In this document: positions 20,898 to 30,975 of the stretch, piece after piece | Numbering within the stretch: the stretch's first letter is position 1 | Layout of the letters: the number at the start of each line of letters is the position of its first letter | From: Spirochaetota bacterium | GTDB taxonomy: Bacteria > Spirochaetota > UBA4802 > JAFGDQ01 | Assembly: GCA_034190085.1 (NCBI GenBank) | Contig: JAXHTS010000071.1 | Coordinates: 3,032-67,031 of the forward strand | Length of the DNA stretch: 64,000 bases | Direction: 5' to 3' | Notes under the pieces: model-generated | What the model was told of the DNA's origin: nothing | Seen by the model: only the letters and a program-made list of their open reading frames with translations | The model's database searches: none | Position numbers and translations under genes: made by a program

Positions 20898-21557
20898 CTA
20901 CTCACCAAGATAGAGATCCTCCCAGTAACTATTCAGGATATTTAATGTTGAGCCCTCCCACTCCAGAACTCCCCTCTTTTTTAAACGAAGAATAAGTCTG
21001 GAAAATGTTTCAGGGATGGTTCCTATTACAGAGGCTATATCCTTTTTGGACAGCTTAATATCATAGGAGTCCTTTTTTCCGTAACGATCGACAAGAAACA
21101 TAAAAAAGCGTTCCTCAACATCATAAGAGGTTAGATAAAGGATTCTGTTAGTAAGATAGCGCATTCTCTTCATTAATATTGCAATAAACTCATTACGGAA
21201 GTCAGATTGGTCTAATAAGACGTAAAATGAAAAACGCTGGATGGCAAAGAGAGAAGCATCTGTAACAGCCACTGCGCTAACAGGATAGCAATTATTTTCA
21301 AAGAGTATCGTTTCAGCGAATACTTCATTAGGCTTCACGAGTCTAATGGTTATTTCCCTCCCATCTGGCGCGGCTTTATAAAGCTTCACACTCCCTTCAG
21401 CAAGAATATAAAAGGTAGAACCGACATCCTCTTCTAAGAAGAGTATCTCATTACGGGAGATTGAAATAATTGAGCCCTGTTTGGCTATTTCTCCTCTGGC
21501 AGAAAGGCTGATATCTCTGAAGAATTCGGTTTTTTTCAAAAGATCATCTATGTCCAT
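20898..21557 (-). CDS. Crp/Fnr-family transcriptional regulator, HcpR-like
   Basis: cNMP-binding beta-roll followed by a C-terminal HTH (DIASVIGTIPETFSRLILRLKKRGVL). No N-terminal Cys cluster, so it is not FNR proper. Divergent from hcp. Confidence 0.75.
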   Translation of the reverse strand: MDIDDLLKKTEFFRDISLSARGEIAKQGSIISISRNEILFLEEDVGSTFYILAEGSVKLYKAAPDGREITIRLVKPNEVFAETILFENNCYPVSAVAVTDASLFAIQRFSFYVLLDQSDFRNEFIAILMKRMRYLTNRILYLTSYDVEERFFMFLVDRYGKKDSYDIKLSKKDIASVIGTIPETFSRLILRLKKRGVLEWEGSTLNILNSYWEDLYLGE

Positions 21558-21615
21558 AACATGACAGTGTTACTATTTTAGGTTAGAAATTGCAATAAGG
21601 ATTTTTTAATGCTAA

Positions 21616-21629
21616 TTGACATAGGTCAA
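21616..21629. promoter_or_regulatory. Candidate Crp/Fnr (HcpR) operator: TTGAC-ATAG-GTCAA palindrome, 77 bp upstream of the hcp start
   Basis: Perfect 5-4-5 palindrome read directly. A further TTGAC half-site lies 12 bp downstream. It sits in the hcpR/hcp divergent intergenic region. Confidence 0.45.
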
Positions 21630-21705
21630 TGAGTCTTTGACGGATAGGTTGTATAAATTGCATAAGAAAAATTCAAATGATTAAGTTAATATTTAGGAGG
21701 TTAAA

Positions 21706-23346
21706 ATGAGCATGTTTTGTTATCAATGCCAGGAAACAGCTAAGAATAGAGGCTGTTCAGTTAAAGGAGCCTGTGGGAAAACGGATGAAACTGCCAATCT
21801 GCAGGATTTGCTGATCTTTGTCTTAAAGGGAATATCAATCTTTGGAGAGGAAGCCAAGAAACAGGGTATAGAGGACCCAAAGTTAGGATTATTTATTTCT
21901 CAGGCCCTCTTTACTACTATTACGAATGTAAATTTTGATAGTGATAGAATAATTTCACTTATTCAAGAAGGTCTAAAAATAAAGGAAATATTGAAAAAAG
22001 AATATGAAAAAGCTCTACCAAGGGATTTGCATGAATCAGCGCTCTGGTTTTCAGACGATTTCGCTGAATTTCACAGGAAGGCAGCAGAGGTTGGTATTCA
22101 TTCTACTGAGAATGAAGATGTACGCTCACTCAGGGAACTATTGATTTATGGATTAAAGGGAATCGCTGCTTATGCTCATCACGCTGAGGTTTTAGGTTAT
22201 CGCAATCAGGATATCTATGATTTTCAGATAGATGGTCTAGCATCCACTACTAAAGATCTAACACAGGAAGAGATGGTGAATCTTGTGCTAAAAGCCGGTA
22301 AAATTGCTGTTGAGACAATGACATTGCTTGATGAAGCTAACACTCGGACTTATGGCAATCCTGAAATAACTGAGGTGGATATTGGCGTAAAAGATAATCC
22401 TGGGATACTAATCAGTGGTCATGATCTGAAGGACTTGGAAGAGCTTTTGGAACAGACCAAAGGGACGGGTGTGGATGTATATACTCATGGCGAGATGCTA
22501 CCAGCGAATTATTATCCAGCCTTTAAAAGATATAAGAATCTCATCGGCAACTACGGGGGATCGTGGTGGAGGCAGAAGGAGGAGTTTGAATCCTTCAATG
22601 GGCCAATTCTATTTACAACTAACTGCCTAGTGCCGCCAAGGGACTCCTATAAGGATCGAGTGTTCACAACCGATGTGGTTGGCTACCCGGGGATAAAGCA
22701 TATACCAGATAGAACAGATGAAGGGAGTAAGGATTTTTCGGAGATTATTGAGATGGCAAAAAAATGTCGTCCCCCTGTGGAAATCGAGTCTGGGAAGATA
22801 GTAGGGGGATTTGCTCACGATCAGATTATTACGCTTGCAGATAAAGTAATAGATGCCATTAAATCGGGCGCTATCAAGCGCTTTGTTGTTATGGCCGGTT
22901 GTGATGGGCGTCATAAAGAGAGAGATTATTTTACTGAAGTTGCACAAGGGCTTCCTGAGGATGCAGTAATACTAACAGCAGGCTGCGCTAAGTATAGATA
23001 CAACAAACTCAATCTTGGCGAAATAGATGGCATCCCTAGGGTGCTGGATGCGGGTCAGTGCAATGATTCTTACTCCCTTGCTGTAGTAGCCCTGAAATTG
23101 AAGGAAATATTCCAACTGGAAGACATAAATGAGCTTCCAATATCATACGACATCGCATGGTATGAGCAGAAGGCTGTTGCTGTTCTCCTGGCGCTCCTTT
23201 ACCTTGGCATTAAGGGGATTCGCCTGGGGCCTAGCCTTCCAGCATTTTTATCGACAAATGTTGTCAAGGTGCTTATAGAAAATTTTGATATCAAACCAAT
23301 TGGCAGAGTAAAAGCAGATATAAACAGCATTATGGCAGGGAAGTGA
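21706..23346 (+). CDS. hcp: Hybrid-cluster protein / hydroxylamine reductase
   Basis: N-terminal Cys motif [23 protein letters not shown] and hybrid-cluster ligands (546 aa). Confidence 0.9.
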   Translation: MSMFCYQCQETAKNRGCSVKGACGKTDETANLQDLLIFVLKGISIFGEEAKKQGIEDPKLGLFISQALFTTITNVNFDSDRIISLIQEGLKIKEILKKEYEKALPRDLHESALWFSDDFAEFHRKAAEVGIHSTENEDVRSLRELLIYGLKGIAAYAHHAEVLGYRNQDIYDFQIDGLASTTKDLTQEEMVNLVLKAGKIAVETMTLLDEANTRTYGNPEITEVDIGVKDNPGILISGHDLKDLEELLEQTKGTGVDVYTHGEMLPANYYPAFKRYKNLIGNYGGSWWRQKEEFESFNGPILFTTNCLVPPRDSYKDRVFTTDVVGYPGIKHIPDRTDEGSKDFSEIIEMAKKCRPPVEIESGKIVGGFAHDQIITLADKVIDAIKSGAIKRFVVMAGCDGRHKERDYFTEVAQGLPEDAVILTAGCAKYRYNKLNLGEIDGIPRVLDAGQCNDSYSLAVVALKLKEIFQLEDINELPISYDIAWYEQKAVAVLLALLYLGIKGIRLGPSLPAFLSTNVVKVLIENFDIKPIGRVKADINSIMAGK

Positions 23347-23621
23347 CATAGGTAAAGAAACAACCGTTTACTGGTTCTGAATTAGTGGAATGTATGAGCA
23401 AAGACAGACTAGCCCAAATTTCTAACCGGTGAACGGTTGAATAAAGATCCTTGAATTTCCGGTGTATATTATCCAAGCATAGATATCATTTGATGATCTA
23501 TAACTCATCCAATTGTGTATACTCAAAATGATTGACAAGGGACATAAATATAATTATGAATTGAATTGATCATCATCGAAATGCACATCAAAATATTATT
23601 TATAGAATTAGGGGATCGGCT

Positions 23622-24287
23622 ATGGAAATCACACAACCCGATGTCAAGCTCCTTGCAGTAACACAGGATGGAGAGAAGTTAATTGAGGAGGCAGGACGGA
23701 CCTGTTATCTATCTATAGACAGGATTACAGAGAATAGCGAGAAACAATTTATTAGAAACTGTATTAAAAGCGGCCATCATTCTATTTTAGAACATGCAAG
23801 CGCAACATTCAGGATAAAGGGGGCTTCCAGAGCCTTTACTCATCAACTTGTCAGGCATAGGCTGGCAAGCTTTTCACAACAGTCTCAAAGATACGTAAAT
23901 GAATCAGAATTCAATTATATCCTTCCGCCAAATATCCTTAAAAACAGCAAGGCCCATGGCATTTTCAAGGATTTTATTGAAAGCTCTAGAAGGGTATACA
24001 AGGAACTCCGTGAAATGGGAATAAAGAAGGAGGACGCCAGGTTTGTCCTTCCCAATGCTCTAGAAAGCCAGATTATTTTTACCGCAAATTTTCGGGAATT
24101 ACGCCATATCTTTTCACTTAGGCTTAAAAAAAATGCCCAGTGGGAAATCAGGAGGGTTTGTGTTGAAATGCTGAAAATCATGCAAGGTGTGGCTCCATCT
24201 GTTTTTGAGGATTATATATTGGATGAAAGCAACTGTACAGCAAGATCAAAATTAGAGCAGACAAACGGTGTTGAGGGTAAGGAATAG
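23622..24287 (+). CDS. thyX: Flavin-dependent thymidylate synthase ThyX
   Basis: ThyX signature RHRxxSxxxxSxR is present as RHRLASFSQQSQRY. Confidence 0.85.
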   Translation: MEITQPDVKLLAVTQDGEKLIEEAGRTCYLSIDRITENSEKQFIRNCIKSGHHSILEHASATFRIKGASRAFTHQLVRHRLASFSQQSQRYVNESEFNYILPPNILKNSKAHGIFKDFIESSRRVYKELREMGIKKEDARFVLPNALESQIIFTANFRELRHIFSLRLKKNAQWEIRRVCVEMLKIMQGVAPSVFEDYILDESNCTARSKLEQTNGVEGKE

Positions 24288-24290
24288 AAA

Positions 24291-25934
24291 TTACTCCTGA
24301 TCATTTTTTATGTAGAGTGTCTGAGTTGGGAATGGAATGGCGATATTCGATTCATTCAATGCCTTATAGATCGCCTTTGTGGCCTCCATCTTCTTAAATA
24401 GCTTATTATTGTAATCGGGTATCCAGAACTTAGCCTGGAAATTTAGCGAAAAATCACCCATTTCTATAAACAAACACTGTGGAGCTGGATCATCAGATAA
24501 ATCTTCAATTCCCTTCAATGCATTCAAAACAACCTCCTCTACTCTATCGACATCCGCTCCATAGGCCACACTAAAATTAACAACTATTCTAAAAGCGGGA
24601 TCTGGCAGGACAAAATTTTTAAACTTCGTATTAGAGAGATCGCCATTGGGGATGATTATCATCTCATTATCAAAGGTTAATAGCTTTGTATTCCTTAATC
24701 CCACCTCTTGAATTATACCCGTATCATCATCAATTGTCACCATATCACCCGCTGCAATTGAATGATCAAGGGCAAGAAAAATTCCTCCAATAAAATCTGC
24801 AAGACTATCCCTCACTGCAAAACCGACGGCTATACCCATTATCCCAATGGATGCTATAAAGGGACCAACATCAATATCAAACTTTGACAAAATTATAATC
24901 GTACCTATTATAACAACTGAAATCTTAATTAAACTCACAAAAAGCGGCATCAAATCCCTATTAACCCGGGGATTTATTTTATCCGCAACATCCTTCCCCA
25001 TAAAAAGCGCCAAACCCTCTATAACTAATATTATTTCATAAATAACTAATGCAATTATGAAAGCAACTATTATAGCGTTTAGTGTACTATATATATTGGG
25101 AGAGATATCCAATAAAATAAGTGATAACCTTATACCAATTAGTATAATAATCCACTTTAATGTTCTTCTAAACTTTCGAATTATACTCTCATCAATCGAT
25201 CCATTTGCCAATTCAATTATCCTCGGGAAAAACCGCTTTATAAGTAAAGAAGTCAGCTTGGAGAGAAAATAAAAAAAGAAAATCATTAAAATAGCAAAAA
25301 TCCATTTATTGCGTATAAATCTGCCAATCATAGACTCTTTAATTCTATCAAGATATTTCTTGGAACGGGTCTTCTCCCTCTTCTCTAAATTCAAGCTGTA
25401 CTTAGATAAAACATTTTTCACCAACCAATCTGTGCTACTTTGCGAAAATTTATCCAGGGTGTTAAGCAAATACTCATTCATCTCCCCATCAAAGGCATAA
25501 TCTCTATCAACATTCTCAACACCAAAAACTGCGACCTTATACTCGATCCTCATACTAGTCCCATGAATAATATACCTGCCATAAAGACCGATATCAGCAT
25601 TGATATCCTCAAAAAATCTCAAGGCCACATGCTTATCATACAACATCTCCGGGGTCATTCCTCTACGCTTGATCTCCCTATCCAGCAATCTTGAATCTAA
25701 AACTTTAAATCCAATATAATCGGATATATGCCCAGAGATCAGCTCTGGAATATATGTTGAAATATACTTGAGATCTGAATCAGAATAATTATAAAATGGG
25801 AGTATAACAATGATCTTATCGTTATTACTATCCTGTTCTTGGGTAGTATTTATAGCGTTTGTGTCAACAGCGAATGTGAAGGATAAATTCCCCAGCAACA
25901 GGGAAATAAATATTATTATACGAAAATAGATCAT
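24291..25934 (-). CDS. MscS-family mechanosensitive channel with an N-terminal periplasmic extension (547 aa)
   Basis: Signal peptide, multiple TM, the MscS pore helix region GIMGIAVGFAVRDSLADFIGGIFLALD and a C-terminal beta domain. Confidence 0.75.
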   Translation of the reverse strand: MIYFRIIIFISLLLGNLSFTFAVDTNAINTTQEQDSNNDKIIVILPFYNYSDSDLKYISTYIPELISGHISDYIGFKVLDSRLLDREIKRRGMTPEMLYDKHVALRFFEDINADIGLYGRYIIHGTSMRIEYKVAVFGVENVDRDYAFDGEMNEYLLNTLDKFSQSSTDWLVKNVLSKYSLNLEKREKTRSKKYLDRIKESMIGRFIRNKWIFAILMIFFFYFLSKLTSLLIKRFFPRIIELANGSIDESIIRKFRRTLKWIIILIGIRLSLILLDISPNIYSTLNAIIVAFIIALVIYEIILVIEGLALFMGKDVADKINPRVNRDLMPLFVSLIKISVVIIGTIIILSKFDIDVGPFIASIGIMGIAVGFAVRDSLADFIGGIFLALDHSIAAGDMVTIDDDTGIIQEVGLRNTKLLTFDNEMIIIPNGDLSNTKFKNFVLPDPAFRIVVNFSVAYGADVDRVEEVVLNALKGIEDLSDDPAPQCLFIEMGDFSLNFQAKFWIPDYNNKLFKKMEATKAIYKALNESNIAIPFPTQTLYIKNDQE

Positions 25935-26938
25935 ATCCCTATCTCTTCCCCAATCCTTAAGTGAATATATCTTTCCTTAAATGCGTCTTTGAACCTATCG
26001 ATGCTCCAATCAGAGCTGTCATGTGGAGAGAGGGAGACTAATCTCACATCCTCTCTTTTGATTACCTCTATTGCTCTAGCTACATCCTTCTCATTTACTC
26101 CCCTAAATGGAGTCCGATCTGAACCGACAATACCCTGTAGATTCAAGGGGCCAATCATAATCCTTCCGCCATTAACTGGCAGGTGAAGCCCTCCTATAAT
26201 AGCATAAATCGGCTCTGTGAAGAGCATCCTGGTTCTTTCAATTATCCTTTCAATAGTCTGATGGCCACATCCAATAATGAGGACCACCCCCTTCCCTTTC
26301 ACATTTATAGCCAAACTCTGCTCCTCAATATACCCCGCCATAAACAAAAATCTTTGAATAATCCCAATGCTTGCAATGCCCGGCATTATTATTCTCGGTT
26401 CTCTTATCTCCTCTACAAGTGGATCGGGATTCCACCTCGACGGATTAAGTCTACCTGGAGCATAGACAGGGATACTCCCAATATCAACACTACCCTGAGA
26501 TAAGCTGAATGTCTTCTCCCTCTGTTCCCTCATCCCACCAACGTGATCTAGATGGATGTGGCTAATAAAGATCATGTCAATATCACTAATATTTTTGCCA
26601 AGCACCCTCATATTATGAAGAAGGGCTGAAGGATGCTCCCTACGAGCATTGTATCCCACATCCATCATTATTGATGTATCATCGGCCTTGATAAGATATG
26701 AAACACCTGCCTCTGTCTTAAGCTCCCTATTGGAGGAATAATAATCAATCACTGGTAGAATTGATAATGACTTAACAAAACCAGGAGATGGAAAGGATTC
26801 ATAACGCTTCCCATCCAGCTCAATAGATACCCTCCTCCTTCCGATCATTAATTGGATAACCTTTAGAAATAAAAACAAAATAATACAGGCAAGTAAAACC
26901 AATAGGACAATTAATATAGTGTATAGTAAACTAACCAT
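25931..26938 (-). CDS. Membrane-anchored MBL-fold metallo-hydrolase
   Basis: N-terminal TM. HxHxDH zinc motif is present as SHIHLDHVGG. 4-bp ATGA overlap with the downstream MscS gene. Confidence 0.65.
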   Translation of the reverse strand: MVSLLYTILIVLLVLLACIILFLFLKVIQLMIGRRRVSIELDGKRYESFPSPGFVKSLSILPVIDYYSSNRELKTEAGVSYLIKADDTSIMMDVGYNARREHPSALLHNMRVLGKNISDIDMIFISHIHLDHVGGMREQREKTFSLSQGSVDIGSIPVYAPGRLNPSRWNPDPLVEEIREPRIIMPGIASIGIIQRFLFMAGYIEEQSLAINVKGKGVVLIIGCGHQTIERIIERTRMLFTEPIYAIIGGLHLPVNGGRIMIGPLNLQGIVGSDRTPFRGVNEKDVARAIEVIKREDVRLVSLSPHDSSDWSIDRFKDAFKERYIHLRIGEEIGI

Positions 26939-27031
26939 TCAAATGCCTCCCGGAAATCAATTGACTGGGATTATTAGGAAGTTGGTTGAGCATGTTGGAG
27001 AAATCATAAACAAGAATAATTGAGAGATTGA

Positions 27032-27907
27032 TTAAGCAACACCGACAGAACCCTTATTATAATTATTCTTTATTTTATATTTAATCATGTTCTTGCCGTC
27101 CTGCTTTGCAGAATACATGAGGGTGTCTGCCTCTTTTATCATCTCATCAATACCCTTTGGTGGGCACTTAAAAGTTACCACACCAAAACTGAAGGTCACT
27201 GACCAACCACCTTCCTTTACAATCTCCATAAGATTTGCCTGAAGCTTGAGTGCTACTTCACGCGCTGATTTAGATCCAGTTTCAGGTAACAGTATAATAA
27301 ATTCATCGCCCCCTAATCGCGCTACTACATCAATTGCTCGGGTATTACTACTTAAAGTGTTGGCCACTGAATAGAGGAGCGCATCGCCCTTGCTATGTCC
27401 TAATGTATCATTAACATTCTTAAAATCATCAATATCCATATATGCAACTGAGAAGGGCCGCTTAAGCCTGTTCGACCTAAGAATCTCCATGTTTGCGGAT
27501 TTCAGAAAGGATCGCCTATTAGCTATCCCGGTTAATGAATCAGTCATGGCAAGCTCTCGCTGTCGATCTAATGAACTCTTCAATTTCGACAAGCCAAGGG
27601 TAATGATTAAAAAAACGATCAACCTGAATGTTTGATTCAAAGAAGGCACCAAGGCATTGGAAAAAGAACTTATCATTATAAAATCAGCTAAAAGCCAGGA
27701 CATGGCGCTAATAATTGAAATAAAGATCCCTGCCGATTTCCCAATATACCATGTAGCAATATAAATTGGAAAAATGTAAAAGAGGGTCAATTCCCATTCT
27801 GGTCCAGTGAGTAAACGTACAATCCCTACCAATACGCTCAATACAAAGAGTACTGAAATCATGAGGTATTTGGAATATCTAGTTAAGTAATTGTTTAAAT
27901 CTATCAT
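27032..27907 (-). CDS. Membrane-anchored diguanylate cyclase (GGDEF)
   Basis: About 5 N-terminal TM helices. Catalytic RLGGDEF motif with an RxxD I-site (RAID) just upstream. Confidence 0.8.
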   Translation of the reverse strand: MIDLNNYLTRYSKYLMISVLFVLSVLVGIVRLLTGPEWELTLFYIFPIYIATWYIGKSAGIFISIISAMSWLLADFIMISSFSNALVPSLNQTFRLIVFLIITLGLSKLKSSLDRQRELAMTDSLTGIANRRSFLKSANMEILRSNRLKRPFSVAYMDIDDFKNVNDTLGHSKGDALLYSVANTLSSNTRAIDVVARLGGDEFIILLPETGSKSAREVALKLQANLMEIVKEGGWSVTFSFGVVTFKCPPKGIDEMIKEADTLMYSAKQDGKNMIKYKIKNNYNKGSVGVA

Positions 27908-28036
27908 AAATACTAATTCTTAATTATACCTATTAATATGTAACAGGATCAATATAGAATCAATAATGACTTTACTCTAAACCCCAACTAAAGGACATCG
28001 AAATACATCGTGTATATTTTTTTGTAAGTTTATTCT

Positions 28037-28960
28037 CTACCCTCTTATCCATTTATAAAAAATAGAAGAGAGACTATAATAAGCGGCTAATGGGAAAGAT
28101 ACTATTAAGGAAAAGAGGATTATATAGAAAAAACTGATAACATGCCTAACAATAGCAAGATAATTAAGTATCTCAAAACCATATTTCTTGAAAGCAGCAA
28201 TTGGATCTGGTTCAGGAACCATCTTCTCAGCAAAATCAGTCAACAAAGAGGTTGTGCTAGCTATATCTAAAAATTTTGGATAAGCAGCATTTATCTTCCA
28301 CTGAACAGCCTTTGTAACGCCAACAGAATACCTTGTAAAATAATAGACAATAATAAAGCCTAAAATGAGAAGAATAAAGGAGACAAAGAGGTACAGAGCC
28401 GTATAAAACCACTTCTCTTTAAAAAATTTAGTGAAATCCTTTCCTATTTCAATTAAGCTCTTGCCTTCGCCAATCATCAAGGGTGTTATAAGAATTACGC
28501 TGAGTGAAATTATTAAACAAATAAAATTTATAGAAAACAAGGGAATTGTCAACAATAATACTATCACAGAGCCAATATATGGGATATGACCGAATAAGGA
28601 AAATCCAACTTCAAGTAACACTATACCAAAAAGAAATAGAACGACAATCAGGGAAATAACTAATATATAATGTGATCTTCTTGAGATATCCTTGAATATC
28701 CCCATAATAGAAGAGCCCTCTAAATTTATATTTAATCTGTGTACACCAGCCAGACCCAAAAGAAGAGAGCTAAACAGCATAAATAATCCAATATTCTGCA
28801 GAATATATGAGTAGACACTATTCTTTGGTGTTTGACTCGCTATAATAAACAAAAGAAAAATAATAAAAAAACCAAACACCACTGACATCCATGTTATCAT
28901 GAAACTCTTCTTAAAATTGTTAGGATTGAACATGCTGCTCATCTCTGCTTTTAATTCCAT
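28037..28960 (-). CDS. Polytopic membrane protein of unknown function (307 aa)
   Basis: Six or more hydrophobic helices and no recognisable motif. Confidence 0.4.
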   Translation of the reverse strand: MELKAEMSSMFNPNNFKKSFMITWMSVVFGFFIIFLLFIIASQTPKNSVYSYILQNIGLFMLFSSLLLGLAGVHRLNINLEGSSIMGIFKDISRRSHYILVISLIVVLFLFGIVLLEVGFSLFGHIPYIGSVIVLLLTIPLFSINFICLIISLSVILITPLMIGEGKSLIEIGKDFTKFFKEKWFYTALYLFVSFILLILGFIIVYYFTRYSVGVTKAVQWKINAAYPKFLDIASTTSLLTDFAEKMVPEPDPIAAFKKYGFEILNYLAIVRHVISFFYIILFSLIVSFPLAAYYSLSSIFYKWIRG

Positions 28961-29269
28961 ATAACTCTCCCCAAAAATATTTATTGTCCCTATCTTATAT
29001 ATATGTCGATTTTTTAAGAAAAAATATCAAGCAATAAAAACAACAAATCGACAAATCCTGAATTTCCTTGGTTTAGGATGGTATGAAAGGCTCACTCTCT
29101 GACAATAAGCACTCACAAGAGATAAAATTTATCATCATGAATGAGAGCATTAAAACACTATAAACAACATTAACCAAATTAATTCATCAATGAATATTTG
29201 TGGAGTAAAGAATTATAAAATTGTAAAATTTCTATACACTTTCGAAAAAAATACTGATCTCTCCCTCAT

Positions 29270-29806
29270 TTACTCCAGCGTCTCATCTCGAATAAAAAAA
29301 GATGAAAGGTATACTGAGAATAGCCCTACTGTAATTCCTACAGCAATCCCCAACAGAATATCGGTTGGATAATGTTTAACCAGAATGATCCTTGAGAGAC
29401 AAATGAGAAGGGAGTTAATTAAGAGTATACCAAAAAATCTCCTAACTAAGAAAAAGTAGACAATAAAAAATGCTGAGATATTCGATGCATGATTCGATGG
29501 CATTGAATAATCCTTAGCTCTCTTTGAGATTGATCTTTGAGTTATGTTTAATTCTACCTTAGGTCTATCCCTGCCAATCATAGGTTTCAATACCCTGTAA
29601 CAAAAGATATCAGAGAAAGACACTGATAATGCAACAACAATAAAAAATCGTAAAGATCCCTTTTTAAGTTTATAAACCGCATATGAAATAAAGATACTTG
29701 AAGTTAACAATATATAAAACTTGCCAGATATAAACTCAAAGATATTAAATAAAAAAGTATCCCTTAAATTCCAGAAAAAAATTGCTATTTCCTGTTCCAA
29801 TACCAA
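29270..29806 (-). CDS. PAP2-family membrane phosphatase
   Basis: The three PAP2 motifs are present: KxxxxxxRP (KPMIGRDRP), PSGH-like (SMPSNHASN) and SRxxxxxHxxxD-like (VKHYPTDILLG). Confidence 0.55.
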   Translation of the reverse strand: MVLEQEIAIFFWNLRDTFLFNIFEFISGKFYILLTSSIFISYAVYKLKKGSLRFFIVVALSVSFSDIFCYRVLKPMIGRDRPKVELNITQRSISKRAKDYSMPSNHASNISAFFIVYFFLVRRFFGILLINSLLICLSRIILVKHYPTDILLGIAVGITVGLFSVYLSSFFIRDETLE

Positions 29807-30108
29807 ATTTTCCTACCCCATGCTTGAAAGTATATTCCCGACCTTCACTAAAAAACCCAATATACTATGCAAAGAAATATATAATTGCTTCGCAAGCCTA
29901 ACAAATTCAGACTCCCAAGTCAATGTAAATAATATTAATTCTTAACACTACCAATTCTTCATTCAATTTAAAAACTAATCTGTATATAAAAATTTTTATT
30001 TAAAAATCATTCCCTTGTTGAATATTCCTAAAAGTCTCATTTTATTAGGCTGAAAATTTCAGAATAAATCTATGTAATTCTTTATATTCTAATTCATTAA
30101 AATTAGTG

Positions 30109-30138
30109 TTGACTAAATTTATTATGCAGACTTAATAT
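30109..30138 (+). promoter_or_regulatory. Possible sigma70-like promoter for the dtxR-feoB operon (TTGACT-N17/18-TAATAT)
   Basis: Read directly, about 130 bp upstream of the start. The -10 element is a weak match. Confidence 0.2.
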
Positions 30139-30269
30139 ATTAAGAAATAACGAATTATTCAATAATACTAAAGGATATCCCTGTCTCACCCCTCCTTTAG
30201 GATTTAGTAAGAAAGATGAGAACGCATATACATTTATAACAAAGAGAACTGTAGAGATATGAGGTTAAA

Positions 30270-30971
30270 ATGACGAAAAACAACAAAAACAGCATATATT
30301 TTGAAAATACAGAACTCTCTTCCCATATGGAAGACTATTTAGAGATAATAGCAACCATCTCTAGAAAGAAAAAAGTTGTAAGAGTTAAGGATATTGCAAG
30401 AGGACTGAACATTAAGATGCCCAGCGTAACCTCAGCATTAAACAAGCTTATGCAAAAGGGCCTAGTCAACTATGAGAAGTATGGTTTCATAGAACTTACC
30501 GAAGAGGGTGAAAAACTAGCCGAAAGGGTTTATAGCCGCCACAGACTCCTGATCGATTTCTTCAATATTATGTTAAGAATAGATAGAGAGAAGGCTGATG
30601 AAGAGGCCTGCCGAATAGAACATCATCTATCTCCATTGGCATGCAAGCAAATATACAAGCTTTTAGAATTTTATAAGTCTGAAAAGGACTCAAATCAAAA
30701 ATGGACAGTTGAGCTGAGAAAAAACCTCGATGAGAGACTCCTCAGTGATCTGAAAGAGGGAGACACTTCAACTATAGTTAACATTAAAGGCAGTGGAACA
30801 GTAAAAAAAAGACTCCACGAAATGGGATTCAGGAAGGGTGAGCAGTTAAAGATCATACAGTATGCACCCCTTAAGGATCCCATTAAGATAGCTATTAAAG
30901 ACTTTTATATCTCACTAAGAATCGATGAAGCTAAACTATTGGTAGTTAAACCACTTTTTTTAAAGGATTAG
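30270..30971 (+). CDS. DtxR/MntR-family metal-dependent repressor with a C-terminal FeoA (SH3-like) domain
   Basis: N-terminal winged HTH (EDYLEIIATISRKKKVVRVKDIARGLNIKMPSVTSALNKL...LTEEGEKLAERVYSRHRLLIDFF). The C-terminal ~75 aa is FeoA-like (TIVNIKGSGTVKKRLHEMGFRKGEQLKIIQ). Ends 4 bp before feoB. Confidence 0.7.
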   Translation: MTKNNKNSIYFENTELSSHMEDYLEIIATISRKKKVVRVKDIARGLNIKMPSVTSALNKLMQKGLVNYEKYGFIELTEEGEKLAERVYSRHRLLIDFFNIMLRIDREKADEEACRIEHHLSPLACKQIYKLLEFYKSEKDSNQKWTVELRKNLDERLLSDLKEGDTSTIVNIKGSGTVKKRLHEMGFRKGEQLKIIQYAPLKDPIKIAIKDFYISLRIDEAKLLVVKPLFLKD

Positions 30972-30975
30972 ATTA

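Noticed and set aside
23361-23439. Long-range inverted repeat CAACCGTTTAC...GTGAACGGTTG and small AACCG-GTGAA-CGGTT hairpin after hcp
   Set aside because: It has one mismatch, a 55-nt spacer, a short stem and no U-tract. The evidence is too weak to call a terminator or site.
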